Counted from the stretch's first letter, positions 13,655-24,511 are shown. The stretch: 64,000 bases of DNA from Escherichia coli (GCF_051903065.1 NZ_CP178438.1); one strand, 5' to 3'. The notes: generated by a model from the letters alone, not told the origin. A program made the numbers and translations.

Positions 13655-14755
13655 GTGATAATCATAAGATATCTGGTGCGGGAGACGCTCAAAAGCCAGC
13701 TGGCGATACTCTTCATCTTGCTTTTGATCTTCTTCTGTCAAAAGTTAGTGAGGATCCTCGGCGCAGCGGTTGACGGCGATATTCCGGCGAATCTGGTGCT
13801 CTCCCTTCTCGGGTTGGGCGTGCCGGAAATGGCGCAGCTTATCCTGCCATTAAGCCTGTTCCTCGGGCTGCTGATGACGCTGGGCAAACTGTATACCGAA
13901 AGTGAAATTACGGTAATGCATGCCTGCGGCCTGAGCAAAGCGGTTCTGGTGAAAGCGGCAATGATCCTTGCGGTATTCACGGCAATCGTCGCGGCGGTTA
14001 ACGTGATGTGGGCGGGACCGTGGTCATCGCGTCATCAGGATGAAGTGTTAGCAGAAGCGAAAGCGAACCCTGGCATGGCGGCGCTGGCGCAAGGGCAATT
14101 CCAGCAAGCGACTAATGGCAGCTCGGTGCTGTTCATCGAAAGCGTTGACGGCAGCGATTTCAAAGATGTGTTCCTCGCACAAATTCGACCAAAAGGTAAT
14201 GCACGTCCTTCTGTGGTGGTGGCCGATTCCGGACATTTAACCCAGCTGCGCGACGGCTCCCAGGTCGTCACTCTCAACCAGGGAACGCGCTTCGAAGGCA
14301 CTGCACTGTTACGTGATTTCCGCATTACGGATTTCCAGGATTATCAGGCGATCATTGGTCACCAGGCGGTGGCGCTCGACCCGAACGATACCGACCAGAT
14401 GGACATGCGCACATTGTGGAACACTGACACCGATCGTGCTCGCGCAGAACTGAACTGGCGTATCACGTTGGTATTCACCGTGTTTATGATGGCACTTATG
14501 GTCGTACCGCTGAGCGTGGTTAACCCACGTCAGGGACGCGTACTGTCGATGCTGCCAGCCATGCTGCTGTATCTACTTTTCTTCCTGATCCAGACCTCCC
14601 TGAAATCGAACGGCGGTAAAGGTAAGCTGGACCCGACGCTGTGGATGTGGACCGTTAACCTGATTTATCTGGCTTTGGCGATTGTTCTCAACCTTTGGGA
14701 CACCGTGCCGGTCCGCCGCCTGCGCGCCAGTTTTTCGCGTAAAGGAGCGGTGTGA
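13655..14755 (+). CDS. lptF: LPS export ABC permease LptF
   Basis: 366-aa ORF, GTG start, MIIIRYLVRETLKSQLAILFILLLIFF... Confidence 0.93.
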   Translation: MIIIRYLVRETLKSQLAILFILLLIFFCQKLVRILGAAVDGDIPANLVLSLLGLGVPEMAQLILPLSLFLGLLMTLGKLYTESEITVMHACGLSKAVLVKAAMILAVFTAIVAAVNVMWAGPWSSRHQDEVLAEAKANPGMAALAQGQFQQATNGSSVLFIESVDGSDFKDVFLAQIRPKGNARPSVVVADSGHLTQLRDGSQVVTLNQGTRFEGTALLRDFRITDFQDYQAIIGHQAVALDPNDTDQMDMRTLWNTDTDRARAELNWRITLVFTVFMMALMVVPLSVVNPRQGRVLSMLPAMLLYLLFFLIQTSLKSNGGKGKLDPTLWMWTVNLIYLALAIVLNLWDTVPVRRLRASFSRKGAV

Positions 14756-15837
14756 TGCAACCTTTTGGCGTACTTGACCGCTATATCGGTAAAACTATTT
14801 TCACCACCATCATGATGACGCTGTTCATGCTGGTGTCGCTGTCAGGCATTATCAAATTTGTCGATCAGTTGAAAAAAGCCGGGCAGGGGAGTTACGACGC
14901 GTTAGGCGCAGGAATGTATACCTTGCTGAGCGTGCCGAAAGATGTGCAAATATTCTTCCCGATGGCGGCTCTGCTTGGGGCGTTGCTTGGTCTTGGGATG
15001 CTGGCGCAGCGCAGCGAACTGGTGGTGATGCAGGCTTCTGGTTTCACCCGTATGCAGGTTGCGCTGTCGGTGATGAAAACCGCCATTCCGCTGGTCTTAC
15101 TGACGATGGCGATTGGTGAATGGGTCGCGCCGCAGGGCGAGCAGATGGCGCGTAACTACCGTGCGCAGGCGATGTACGGCGGCTCGTTGCTCTCTACCCA
15201 GCAAGGTTTATGGGCGAAAGATGGCAACAACTTCGTCTACATTGAGCGGGTTAAAGGTGACGAAGAGTTAGGTGGCATCAGTATTTATGCCTTTAACGAG
15301 AATCGTCGTCTGCAATCCGTACGCTATGCCGCTACTGCGAAGTTTGACCCGGAACATAAAGTCTGGCGTCTGTCGCAGGTTGATGAATCTGATCTGACCA
15401 ATCCGAAACAGATTACCGGTTCGCAGACGGTGAGCGGCACCTGGAAAACCAACCTCACGCCTGACAAACTGGGCGTGGTGGCGCTGGACCCGGATGCACT
15501 CTCTATCAGCGGTTTGCACAACTATGTGAAGTATCTGAAGTCGAGCGGTCAGGATGCCGGACGTTATCAGCTCAACATGTGGAGCAAAATCTTCCAGCCG
15601 CTATCTGTGGCGGTGATGATGCTGATGGCGCTGTCGTTCATCTTTGGCCCACTGCGTAGCGTACCGATGGGCGTGCGTGTGGTCACCGGTATTAGCTTCG
15701 GTTTTGTCTTCTACGTACTGGACCAGATCTTCGGTCCGCTGACGTTGGTTTATGGTATCCCGCCGATCATCGGCGCACTGTTGCCAAGCGCCAGCTTCTT
15801 CTTAATCAGCCTGTGGCTGTTAATGAGAAAATCGTAA
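14755..15837 (+). CDS. lptG: LPS export ABC permease LptG
   Basis: ATG at 14755 overlaps lptF stop codon; MQPFGVLDRYIGKTIFTTIMMTL... Confidence 0.93.
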   Translation: MQPFGVLDRYIGKTIFTTIMMTLFMLVSLSGIIKFVDQLKKAGQGSYDALGAGMYTLLSVPKDVQIFFPMAALLGALLGLGMLAQRSELVVMQASGFTRMQVALSVMKTAIPLVLLTMAIGEWVAPQGEQMARNYRAQAMYGGSLLSTQQGLWAKDGNNFVYIERVKGDEELGGISIYAFNENRRLQSVRYAATAKFDPEHKVWRLSQVDESDLTNPKQITGSQTVSGTWKTNLTPDKLGVVALDPDALSISGLHNYVKYLKSSGQDAGRYQLNMWSKIFQPLSVAVMMLMALSFIFGPLRSVPMGVRVVTGISFGFVFYVLDQIFGPLTLVYGIPPIIGALLPSASFFLISLWLLMRKS

Positions 15838-15851
15838 CCGAATGAACGAAT

Positions 15852-15880
15852 AAAGGGAGCGAAAGCTCCCTTTATTATTG
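15852..15880 (+). terminator. Rho-independent terminator after lptG
   Basis: AAAGGGAGCGAAAGCTCCCTTT hairpin followed by T-rich run. Confidence 0.6.
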
Positions 15881-15939
15881 TTAGCAAAGTGTGCTTCGTT
15901 CATTCCTGAAAAATTATGAAAATCCAATATATTGCAGTG

Positions 15940-15990
15940 GTGTAGGCATGATAAGACGCGCCAGCGTCGCATCAGGCAAAGACAAATCGC
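15940..15990. repeat. Single REP element
   Basis: GGCATGATAAGACGCGCCAGCGTCGCATCAGGC matches the REP unit seen at 11540-11880. Confidence 0.5.
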
Positions 15991-15997
15991 ACCTGGC

Positions 15998-17500
15998 TTA
16001 CCTTTTTCTCCCCCCCAGCAAACTCCCCAACATTCCACGCACAATCTGATTCGTCACCTGGCGGGCGGCGCTTTTGGCCATTGTTCGCACCACACCATCT
16101 TTCTTCCCGCCGCGTGGTCCGGTAGTGCCAAACAAAATATCCTTCAATCCACCAAGAATGCCGTCATCCACCGCCACCTCTTTCCCTTTCACGGCAGGAT
16201 TATTTTGCTGCTCGGTGCTTGCCTGTACGCCTTTTTGCAACATCTCATAGGCGGATTCCCGGTCCACGTCATCCTCGTACTTGCCATACACCGGAGAGTG
16301 ATTAATCAAGCCATTACGCTCATCTTCCGTCACCGGTCCCATCCGCGAACAAGGCGCAATCACCATCGCCCGTTCCACCACAGAAGGACTTCCTTTTGCA
16401 TCGAGAAACGAGATTAACGCCTCGCCGGTCCCCAGTTCCTGGATTGCCTTTTCGGTATCAAATGCAGGGTTGGGGCGCATGGTTTGCGCCGCAGCTTTTA
16501 CCGCTTTCTGATCTTTGGGCGTAAAAGCCCGCAAAGCGTGCTGAACGCGATTACCGAGCTGGCCGAGCACATTATCCGGAATATCAGACGGGTTTTGCGA
16601 AACGAACCAGACGCCCACGCCTTTTGAGCGAATAAGCCTTATCACCTGCTCAATCTTATCCAGCAGTACCTGCGGGGCATCGTTAAACAGCAGATGTGCT
16701 TCGTCGAAGAAAAACACCAGTTTTGGTTTCTCCAGATCGCCCGCTTCCGGCAATTGTTCATATAACTCTGAAAGCATCCACAGCAGGCTGGCGGCGTACA
16801 GTTTTGGCATCTGATAAAGCTTCTCGGCGCTGAGGATATTGATAACGCCTTTACCGTTGGCATCGGTGCGCATCCAGTCTTTGATATCCAGCATCGGCTC
16901 ACCAAAGAAGTGTGCTGCGCCTTGCTGTTCCAGCGACAACAGCCCGCGCTGGATGGCACCAACCGATGCGCTACTGATATTTCCGTACTGATTCTGGAAA
17001 GATTTGGCGTTATCGCCGATGTACTGGGTAATCGCCCGCAAATCTTTAAAGTCGAGCAGTAACAGCCCCTGATCGTCAGCAATGCGGAAGATGATATTCA
17101 GCACGCCAGATTGCACATCGTTGAGATTCAACAGCCGCGCCAGCAACAGCGGCCCCAGGTCTGAAACCGTCGCCCGCACCGGATGGCCTTTCTCGCCAAA
17201 GATATCCCACACCACCACCGGATTGGCATGCGGTTGCCAGTCATTGACGCCGATATTTTTAAGCCTTGCGAGCAGTTTTTCCGATGCCGTTCCTGCCTGC
17301 GCGATGCCGGTCAGATCGCCTTTCACATCGGCCATAAACACCGGAACACCGATTTCCGATAGAGACTCCGCCAGTTTTTGCAGCGTGACAGTTTTACCCG
17401 TCCCCGTTGCGCCAGTAATCAGCCCGTGACGGTTAGCCATTCCCGGCAGTAAAAATAGTTCTGTGTCCGGCGTGCGGGCAATTAACAGGGGTTCGCTCAT
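15998..17500 (-). CDS. yjgR: DUF853 (HerA/FtsK-like) P-loop ATPase
   Basis: Walker A GATGTGKT; start [12 protein letters not shown] at 17498-17500 with GAGGAAA RBS (track ORF extends to 17548). Confidence 0.88.
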   Translation of the reverse strand: MSEPLLIARTPDTELFLLPGMANRHGLITGATGTGKTVTLQKLAESLSEIGVPVFMADVKGDLTGIAQAGTASEKLLARLKNIGVNDWQPHANPVVVWDIFGEKGHPVRATVSDLGPLLLARLLNLNDVQSGVLNIIFRIADDQGLLLLDFKDLRAITQYIGDNAKSFQNQYGNISSASVGAIQRGLLSLEQQGAAHFFGEPMLDIKDWMRTDANGKGVINILSAEKLYQMPKLYAASLLWMLSELYEQLPEAGDLEKPKLVFFFDEAHLLFNDAPQVLLDKIEQVIRLIRSKGVGVWFVSQNPSDIPDNVLGQLGNRVQHALRAFTPKDQKAVKAAAQTMRPNPAFDTEKAIQELGTGEALISFLDAKGSPSVVERAMVIAPCSRMGPVTEDERNGLINHSPVYGKYEDDVDRESAYEMLQKGVQASTEQQNNPAVKGKEVAVDDGILGGLKDILFGTTGPRGGKKDGVVRTMAKSAARQVTNQIVRGMLGSLLGGRKR

Positions 17501-17629
17501 GAGATTTCCTCCAGTTTCCTGCCTGGAGTATAGGCAACGGCTGCGCACTCTTCACCGCTAAATTCAGCAGATTGCGAGACGCCTTCCAAAGAGATTTAAG
17601 TGCCGGGCGACAGGCACCCGGCAAAGGGA

Positions 17630-18649
17630 TCAGAAGTCGGCTTTCAGGACCACTCGGTAGCGCGCTTTACCATCGCGCACATGCTTGATGGCGTCGTTAA
17701 TTTTCGACATCGGGAACAGTTCGGTAGTCGGCGCAACCTTGCTGCGGGCGGCAAAGCGCATCAGCTTACGCAACTCATAAGGCGTGCCGGTAGCAGAACC
17801 AGAGACGCTGCGGTCGCCCGCAATTAACGTAAAGGCCGGAACAGACAGCGGCGTGAGGACCGCACCGACCGTATGGAAATTACCGCCATAGGTCAGCGCC
17901 TCAAAATAGGGCTGCCAGTCGAGGCTGACGTTGACGGTGTTGATAATGAGATCAAACTGCCCCGCCAGTGCTTTCAGTGCCTGTGGATCGCGGCTATTCA
18001 CCACTTTATCGGCACCCATCGCCAGCACTTCCTGCTCTTTCGCCGGATTAGAACTAAAGGCCGTCACCTCGCATCCCATTGCGTGCAGAAGTTTTATAGC
18101 GATATGCCCCAGCCCGCCAATACCAATTACCCCAACGCGGCTGGTAGCAGTGATATGGTGCATCAACAGTGGTTTAAAGACCGTGATACCGCCGCACAAC
18201 AGCGGCCCGGCGGACTCGATATCAATATTTTCTGGCAGTGGAATCACCCATTGCCAGTCCGCACGCAACTTCTCGGCAAAGCCACCGCGATTCATAATCG
18301 TCGGCACCGCACCTTGCTCGCAGTTGATCTGATTACCGCTAATACAGGCGTCGCAGTGACCACAGCTACGCGCCGTCCAGCCAATCCCGACACGCTGACC
18401 GACCTGCAAACCTTTATCCTGCGCGGCGCTCCCGAGTGCCACCACGCGACCAATCACCTCATGCCCGGCAACCAGCGGATATTGTGAAAATCCCCATTCG
18501 TTATCGATCATCGACAGATCGGAATGGCAGATCCCGCAGTAATCCACCTGCACTTCAACATCTTGTGGCTTCAGTTCACCGGGATCGTACTCATAAACTT
18601 CCAGTTCGCCGCCTGCTTCTTTTGCGGCATAGCTTTTTATCATCGACAT
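17630..18649 (-). CDS. ahr: NADPH-dependent zinc alcohol/aldehyde reductase
   Basis: MDR zinc motif GHEVIGRV and cofactor motif GIGGLGH; start [14 protein letters not shown] at 18649. Confidence 0.9.
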   Translation of the reverse strand: MSMIKSYAAKEAGGELEVYEYDPGELKPQDVEVQVDYCGICHSDLSMIDNEWGFSQYPLVAGHEVIGRVVALGSAAQDKGLQVGQRVGIGWTARSCGHCDACISGNQINCEQGAVPTIMNRGGFAEKLRADWQWVIPLPENIDIESAGPLLCGGITVFKPLLMHHITATSRVGVIGIGGLGHIAIKLLHAMGCEVTAFSSNPAKEQEVLAMGADKVVNSRDPQALKALAGQFDLIINTVNVSLDWQPYFEALTYGGNFHTVGAVLTPLSVPAFTLIAGDRSVSGSATGTPYELRKLMRFAARSKVAPTTELFPMSKINDAIKHVRDGKARYRVVLKADF

Positions 18650-18844
18650 TTTTTGGTCCTTCTCTGGTGTTGTCTGGGAAGTGTAGAGCATGGCAGGGCG
18701 GGGTGCCTGGAGTGTGACAAAGGTTACACATCGCTGTATGCAATGCTGAAAATTTCAGCACTTAGCAAAGTGGGTGCAAGCTGGCGCTTGCATGGTGGCG
18801 TGCGACAGGTATAATCCACAACGTTTTCCGCATACCTCTTCAGT

Positions 18845-18929
18845 GCCGAAGTGGCGAAATCGGTAGACGCAGTTGATTCAAAATCAACCGTAGAAATACG
18901 TGCCGGTTCGAGTCCGGCCTTCGGCACCA
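18845..18929 (+). tRNA. leuX: tRNA-Leu(CAA)
   Basis: GCCGAAGTGGCGAAATCGGTAGACGCAGTTGATTCAAAATCAACC...GGTTCGAGTCCGGCCTTCGGCACCA, 85 nt with long variable arm and encoded CCA. Confidence 0.97.
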
Positions 18930-18942
18930 AAAGTATGTAAAT

Positions 18943-18967
18943 AGACCTCAACTGAGGTCTTTTTTTA
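18943..18967 (+). terminator. Rho-independent terminator after leuX
   Basis: AGACCTCAACTGAGGTCT hairpin followed by 7 T. Confidence 0.65.
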
Positions 18968-19115
18968 TGCCTGAAATCCAGTGTTTATCTACCTTTCCCG
19001 CTATATTAACTCTCTCAAGGTCAACCGATATCAACGTACATCTACCAACATATGTTGGTACAGATGATGGTATTTCCGGTTCGATAATGCTTGTACCAAC
19101 AGGGAGGGAATACGC

Positions 19116-20381
19116 ATGGCATTAACAGATATCAAAGTCAGAGCAGCCAAGCCAACGGATAAGCAATATAAGCTGACTGATGGTGGCGGTATGCATCTGC
19201 TTGTCCATCCAAATGGTTCTAAGTACTGGCGTTTGCAGTACCGTTATGAGGGAAAGCAAAAAATGCTGGCACTTGGGGTTTATCCTGAAATCACACTAGC
19301 GGATGCCAGAGTACGTCGTGACGAGGCGCGTAAGCTGCTTGCGAATGGCGTCGATCCGGGAGACAAAAAGAAAAATGATAAGGTTGAACAGAGTAAAGCA
19401 CGAACCTTTAAAGAAGTCGCGATTGAGTGGCATGGCACCAATAAAAAGTGGTCTGAAGATCACGCCCATCGTGTGCTAAAAAGTCTGGAAGATAATCTTT
19501 TTGCAGCGCTTGGTGAACGTAATATCGCTGAGTTAAAAACTCGAGATTTATTAGCACCCATTAAGGCCGTAGAAATGTCTGGACGTCTTGAAGTGGCCGC
19601 TCGTCTTCAGCAGCGCACTACAGCCATCATGCGCTATGCAGTGCAAAGTGGGTTAATTGATTATAACCCGGCACAAGAGATGGCTGGGGCGGTTGCTTCC
19701 TGTAATCGACAACATCGTCCCGCGCTTGAATTAAAGCGCATCCCTGAGTTGCTTACAAAAATAGATAGCTATACTGGTAGGCCGCTAACCCGATGGGCGA
19801 CAGAACTCTCTTTGCTGATCTTTATTCGGTCCAGTGAGCTGCGTTTTGCTCGTTGGTCAGAGATCGATTTCGAAGCGTCTATATGGACTATCCCACCGGA
19901 GCGGGAGCCTATTCCTGGAGTGAAACATTCCCATAGAGGCTCAAAAATGCGTACAACGCATCTAGTGCCTCTTTCAACGCAAGCTCTTGCAATTTTAAAG
20001 CAGATAAAACAGTTTTGTGGGGCCCATGACTTGATATTTATTGGTGATCACGATTCGCACAAACCCATGAGTGAGAATACGGTAAATAGTGCGTTACGGG
20101 TCATGGGGTATGATACAAAAGTAGAGGTTTGTGGTCATGGCTTTCGAACAATGGCCTGTAGTTCATTGGTCGAATCAGGTTTGTGGTCTCGTGATGCTGT
20201 TGAACGTCAGATGAGCCACATGGAGCGAAATTCAGTGAGGGCCGCGTATATCCATAAAGCAGAGCATCTGGAAGAACGCCGCTTGATGCTACAATGGTGG
20301 GCCGATTTTCTGGATGCAAACAGAGAAAAATTTATCAGTCCATTTGAATATGCAAAGATTAATAATCCATTAAAACAGTAA
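19116..20381 (+). CDS. int: P4-type tyrosine integrase
   Basis: 421-aa ORF next to tRNA; C-terminal catalytic region HGFRTMACSSL...RAAYIH. Confidence 0.9.
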   Translation: MALTDIKVRAAKPTDKQYKLTDGGGMHLLVHPNGSKYWRLQYRYEGKQKMLALGVYPEITLADARVRRDEARKLLANGVDPGDKKKNDKVEQSKARTFKEVAIEWHGTNKKWSEDHAHRVLKSLEDNLFAALGERNIAELKTRDLLAPIKAVEMSGRLEVAARLQQRTTAIMRYAVQSGLIDYNPAQEMAGAVASCNRQHRPALELKRIPELLTKIDSYTGRPLTRWATELSLLIFIRSSELRFARWSEIDFEASIWTIPPEREPIPGVKHSHRGSKMRTTHLVPLSTQALAILKQIKQFCGAHDLIFIGDHDSHKPMSENTVNSALRVMGYDTKVEVCGHGFRTMACSSLVESGLWSRDAVERQMSHMERNSVRAAYIHKAEHLEERRLMLQWWADFLDANREKFISPFEYAKINNPLKQ

Positions 20382-20704
20382 TCATCCCGGGCAAATGCCC
20401 GGGAACTTACTCCATGAATATTTTCTTTGTTAAAAAGGCAAAACGATATTAACTGATGTATTAAATGTTTACCGGATTGCTCCCTGCAGGTGGATTATCA
20501 GAATCCGCAGTTATTCGTTATTTATATATATTCAATAAAAAGAAACATCATAAAAAATCCCGCACCCACAGGGTGATGCGGGATAACTGACGTAAGGAAT
20601 GTTACCGGGATTTGGTGGTCCCTTGTGCTGATATGAATACAGGTTCTATTCTATACAGAATCCTTTTCAGTACAAGAGACTGTATTACAGTTTGCCATAT
20701 ATGA

Positions 20705-22204
20705 TTACCTGTGGTCCGGAAGAATAAGTGGCTGCGGTTTCAGACTGTCTGCCGGCACATTTTTCTCTCCGTTAAAAACCATAACGGGTTCATTATCTTC
20801 GTCTGTCAGCGGATTGAATGGCGGTATATTTTCGGTACGAATACCGGTCAGCCACTGAAAAATGCCTGCGAAATTACGGGCACTGATTTTCCTGCTGACG
20901 GACTGATGAGACGTGATGTCACTGGCGGTAATAATCAGGGGAACGCTGTAGCCCCCCTGCACATGACCATCATGATGAACAGGATTAGCACTGTCGCTGA
21001 CCGACAGCCCATGGTCAGAAAAGTAAAGCATTGCAAAGTGACGGGAATGCCGGCGAAGGATACCATCAAGCTGACCGAGAAAGTTATCCAGTTTACTGAT
21101 GCTGGCGAGGTAACAGGCAATCTTTCGGGGATACTGCTCCAGGTAATAATTCGGCCAGGAGTTAAGTCGGTCACACGGATTCGGATGAGAGCCAATCATG
21201 TGCAGGAAAATCACCTTCGGCGAGGATTTATCCGCCAGCGCACGTTCTGTTTCCTGTAACAACAACATGTCATCCGTTTTACGGGAAGCGAAGCTGCCTT
21301 TCTTGAGGAAAACGGTATGCTCCGCATCAGAAGCAATAACAGAGATGCGTGTGTCATGCTCTCCCAGTTTTCCCTGATTGGATATCCACCATGTGCTGTA
21401 TCCTGCTTTTGCTGCCAGCGCCACCACGTTGTTGCCGGAGTCAGGGTTCTGCTCATAGTCATAAATCAGTGTCCGGCTCAGGGAAGGTACGGTACTGGCT
21501 GCTGTCGATGTATAGCCGTCAATAAATAAACCGGGAGCAGTATTCAGCCACGGCGTGGTTGGCACGGGATAGCCATATACCGACATATAATCCCTGCGCA
21601 CACTCTCACCAGTAACGATAACAATCGTGTCATACAACGGCACACCCGGCAGGATTTTCCAGTTATCAGCCCCGTGCTGACTCAGTTGTTTATAACGCTG
21701 CATTTCACGCAATGTGTCAGTTGTCCCCACAACAGTTCCTTTAACCATCCGCAACGGCCAGCTGTTTACAGAGCATAATACGAATAGCAGCAGTGCCAGC
21801 CAGTTACGGTGACCGCGGTGGTGTGTCCGCCAGAAAATCACCATGAATACCAGAATCGCGGCACTGACCAGAAAATGATAAACAGGAATCATCCCGGTAA
21901 ACTCTGCAGCCTCATCAGCCGTGGTCTGCAGCAACGCGACAATAAAACTGTTGTTGATTTTACCGTACGTCATACCCGCAGGCGCATACAGTGCACAACA
22001 GAACAGAAATAACAGCGCTGTAATGGATGTGAGGGTATTTCTGTGTGCAAGGAGAAGAAGGAGAAACAGAAGCAGCACATTTCCTGTGGCATTCTTCTCA
22101 GTGTATCCGCATGCAATTGTGGTTATTGCAGAAACAACAAAAAAGAATAAAAACAATAAAATCCGGGGTGTGTTTCCCGGACAAAACAGTTTTCTGATAT
22201 TCAT
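20705..22204 (-). CDS. Membrane-anchored sulfatase-family protein (phosphoethanolamine-transferase-like)
   Basis: N-terminal multi-TM segment then soluble domain with metal-binding-type motifs (TGESVRRD, HMIGSHPNP); family call from memory of architecture only. Confidence 0.55.
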   Translation of the reverse strand: MNIRKLFCPGNTPRILLFLFFFVVSAITTIACGYTEKNATGNVLLLFLLLLLAHRNTLTSITALLFLFCCALYAPAGMTYGKINNSFIVALLQTTADEAAEFTGMIPVYHFLVSAAILVFMVIFWRTHHRGHRNWLALLLFVLCSVNSWPLRMVKGTVVGTTDTLREMQRYKQLSQHGADNWKILPGVPLYDTIVIVTGESVRRDYMSVYGYPVPTTPWLNTAPGLFIDGYTSTAASTVPSLSRTLIYDYEQNPDSGNNVVALAAKAGYSTWWISNQGKLGEHDTRISVIASDAEHTVFLKKGSFASRKTDDMLLLQETERALADKSSPKVIFLHMIGSHPNPCDRLNSWPNYYLEQYPRKIACYLASISKLDNFLGQLDGILRRHSRHFAMLYFSDHGLSVSDSANPVHHDGHVQGGYSVPLIITASDITSHQSVSRKISARNFAGIFQWLTGIRTENIPPFNPLTDEDNEPVMVFNGEKNVPADSLKPQPLILPDHR

Positions 22205-22363
22205 CGGAGTATATCGACAACATTATGATGAAGAGAACAGGATAATAAAAATCAGAAATTATCTGTAAAACAGATAACAGACAACCCTGCAGTATAATTA
22301 CTGCAGGGTGTTTCCTTTTAATTACAGAAGATAAGTAATTATTATCTTTCAGGAGCAGTTTCG

Positions 22364-23104
22364 TCAGAAGTTATAAGTCACACCAAGCATGATGTCATGA
22401 CTTTTAACATCAACCTCTGATTTATATTTATCGCCCCACTCATCCTTGTAACTCACACTGCTGTCACCTGCATCAATATAGCGATAGCTGAGGTCAAGAG
22501 CGATATCCGGGGTTACGTCATAACGGACACCAGCCCCAAGGCTCCATGCAAAGTTGTCAGCAGAGTCTGAGTGTGACAACGACTCACGCCCACTGTACCC
22601 GTACCCATAATCCCAGGTACTGATACCAGTTGTTTTCTGATGAATTCTGGCGTAACCAATCCCTGCGGATACCCATGGTGTGAATGCACTGTCGTTCCGG
22701 AAGTCATAGTACGTATTCAGCATCAGAGTGTTGACTGACACTTCATTCTTCAGGTCATCACGCCAGTAACCACCTGACCAGCTGTCTTTATCTACGTTAT
22801 ACTTCGAATCAGCTTTTCCACGCGCGTAAAACTCCAGTTCTGTACGAACCGGAATACTGAACTGCGGATAAAAATCATAACCGGCCGCAATACCGCCACT
22901 GAATACCGTATCATGGTCATCGCCGCCTTTATACTTTGACGTTTCTTCCTCATCTCCTGACAGGAAACGCTGGTCTGAAAGTGACACCACAGAGGCACCG
23001 GCTTTACCGGTCAGATAAAAACCGCTTTTACCTTCCTCAGCACCTGCATTTGCTGCAAATACACAGGCTGCGGCCACCACTGAAACAGCAAAAACCTTTT
23101 TCAT
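22364..23104 (-). CDS. Small outer-membrane beta-barrel protein
   Basis: Signal peptide MKKVFAVSVVAAACVFAANA, alternating amphipathic strands, C-terminal GVTYNF with terminal Phe. Confidence 0.65.
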   Translation of the reverse strand: MKKVFAVSVVAAACVFAANAGAEEGKSGFYLTGKAGASVVSLSDQRFLSGDEEETSKYKGGDDHDTVFSGGIAAGYDFYPQFSIPVRTELEFYARGKADSKYNVDKDSWSGGYWRDDLKNEVSVNTLMLNTYYDFRNDSAFTPWVSAGIGYARIHQKTTGISTWDYGYGYSGRESLSHSDSADNFAWSLGAGVRYDVTPDIALDLSYRYIDAGDSSVSYKDEWGDKYKSEVDVKSHDIMLGVTYNF

Positions 23105-23455
23105 TTCAATTATCTCCGTTATTGCTCCGTTGCTGCAAGCAGTACTCAGTGCATTTTAAAACCCGCCATGCGATAGTCTCAATTGAATAAAATCGATCTA
23201 ATCGATAGATGATATCGATCGTCATTAACCAGAAATTTTTATCGTATTCAGTCAGCACAGATACAACAAATGCATGCCATGCAGACAGTCATACCCGGCA
23301 ACAACAGCAGATGGTTGCTGAGCAAGCAGGGAGTGAGGCTGAATCCCGGGGAAGAAAAAACCTGTAAAATTTGTTTATTCTGCCAGGAGATAAAAGTGAC
23401 GTGTGTTCATGTAACACACCAGGGACGAAAGATGCATGGACTGACAGTTTGGGGG

Positions 23456-24511
23456 GGCTTTGTTGAATAAATCGAACTTTTGCTGAGTTGAAGGATCAGA
23501 TCACGCATCCTCCCGACAACACAGACCATTCCGTGGCAAAGCAAAAGTTCAGAATCACCAACTGGTCCACCTACAACAAAGCTCTCATCAACCGTGGCTC
23601 CCTCACTTTCTGGCTGGATGATGAAGCGATTCAGGCCTGGTATGAGTCGGCAACGCCTTCATCACGAGGAAGGCCCCAGCGCTATTCTGATCTCGCCATC
23701 ACCACCGTTCTGGTGATTAAACGCGTATTCCGGCTGACCCTGCGGGCTGCGCAGGGTTTTATTGATTCCATTTTTGCCCTGATGAACGTTCCGTTGCGCT
23801 GCCCGGATTACACCAGTGTCAGTAAGCGGGCAAAGTCGGTTAATGTCAGTTTCAAAACGTCCACCCGGGGTGAAATCGCACACCTGGTGATTGATTCCAC
23901 CGGGCTGAAGGTCTTTGGTGAAGGCGAATGGAAAGTCAGAAAGCACGGCAAAGAGCGCCGTCGTATCTGGCGAAAGTTGCATCTTGCTGTTGACAGCAAC
24001 ACACATGAAGTTGTCTGTGCAGACCTGTCGCTGAATAACGTCACGGACTCAGAAGCCTTCCCGGGCCTTATCCGGCAGACTCACAGAAAAATCAGGGCAG
24101 CCGCGGCAGACGGGGCTTACGATACCCGGCTCTGTCACGATGAACTGCGCCGCAAAAAAATCAGCGCGCTTATTCCTCCCCGAAAAGGAGCAGGTTACTG
24201 GCCCGGTGAGTACGCAGACCGCAACCGTGCCGTTGCTAATCAGCGGCTGAGCGGAAGCAATGCACGGTGGAAATGGACAACGGAATATAACCGTCGCTCG
24301 ATAGCGGAAACGGCAATGTACAGAATGAAGCAGTTGTTGGGAGATTCACTGACGCTGCGTGACTACGATGGTCAGGTAGCGGAAGCTATGGCCATGGTGC
24401 GTGCGTTGAACAGGATGACAAAGGCTGGGATGCCAGAAAGCGTGCGTATTGCCTGAAAATCCAGCCAGCTACAGGGTCGTTCGCACGAAATCTTATTTAT
24501 TCAACAAAGCC
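23456..24511 (+). mobile_element. IS903-like element (IS5 family)
   Basis: Terminal inverted repeats GGCTTTGTTGAATAAATC (23456) and GATTTATTCAACAAAGCC-like (to 24511); no matching flanking duplication. Confidence 0.88.
23533..24456 (+). CDS. IS903-family transposase
   Basis: VAKQKFRITNWSTYNKALINRGSLTFWLDDEAIQAWY... matches IS903/IS102 transposase as recalled; probable GTG start at 23533. Confidence 0.88.
   Translation: MAKQKFRITNWSTYNKALINRGSLTFWLDDEAIQAWYESATPSSRGRPQRYSDLAITTVLVIKRVFRLTLRAAQGFIDSIFALMNVPLRCPDYTSVSKRAKSVNVSFKTSTRGEIAHLVIDSTGLKVFGEGEWKVRKHGKERRRIWRKLHLAVDSNTHEVVCADLSLNNVTDSEAFPGLIRQTHRKIRAAAADGAYDTRLCHDELRRKKISALIPPRKGAGYWPGEYADRNRAVANQRLSGSNARWKWTTEYNRRSIAETAMYRMKQLLGDSLTLRDYDGQVAEAMAMVRALNRMTKAGMPESVRIA

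Noticed and set aside
15998-17548. N-terminal extensions of track ORFs (yjgR from 17548, ahr from 18691, bdcA from 2478, yjgN from 6944)
   Set aside because: Internal ATGs with RBS-like sequences reproduce the known N-termini (MSEPLL, MSMIKSY, MGAFTGK, MAQVINE); the upstream extensions are read-through of leader sequence.
20711-21259. 182-aa plus-strand ORF
   Set aside because: Lies entirely inside and antisense to the sulfatase-family gene.
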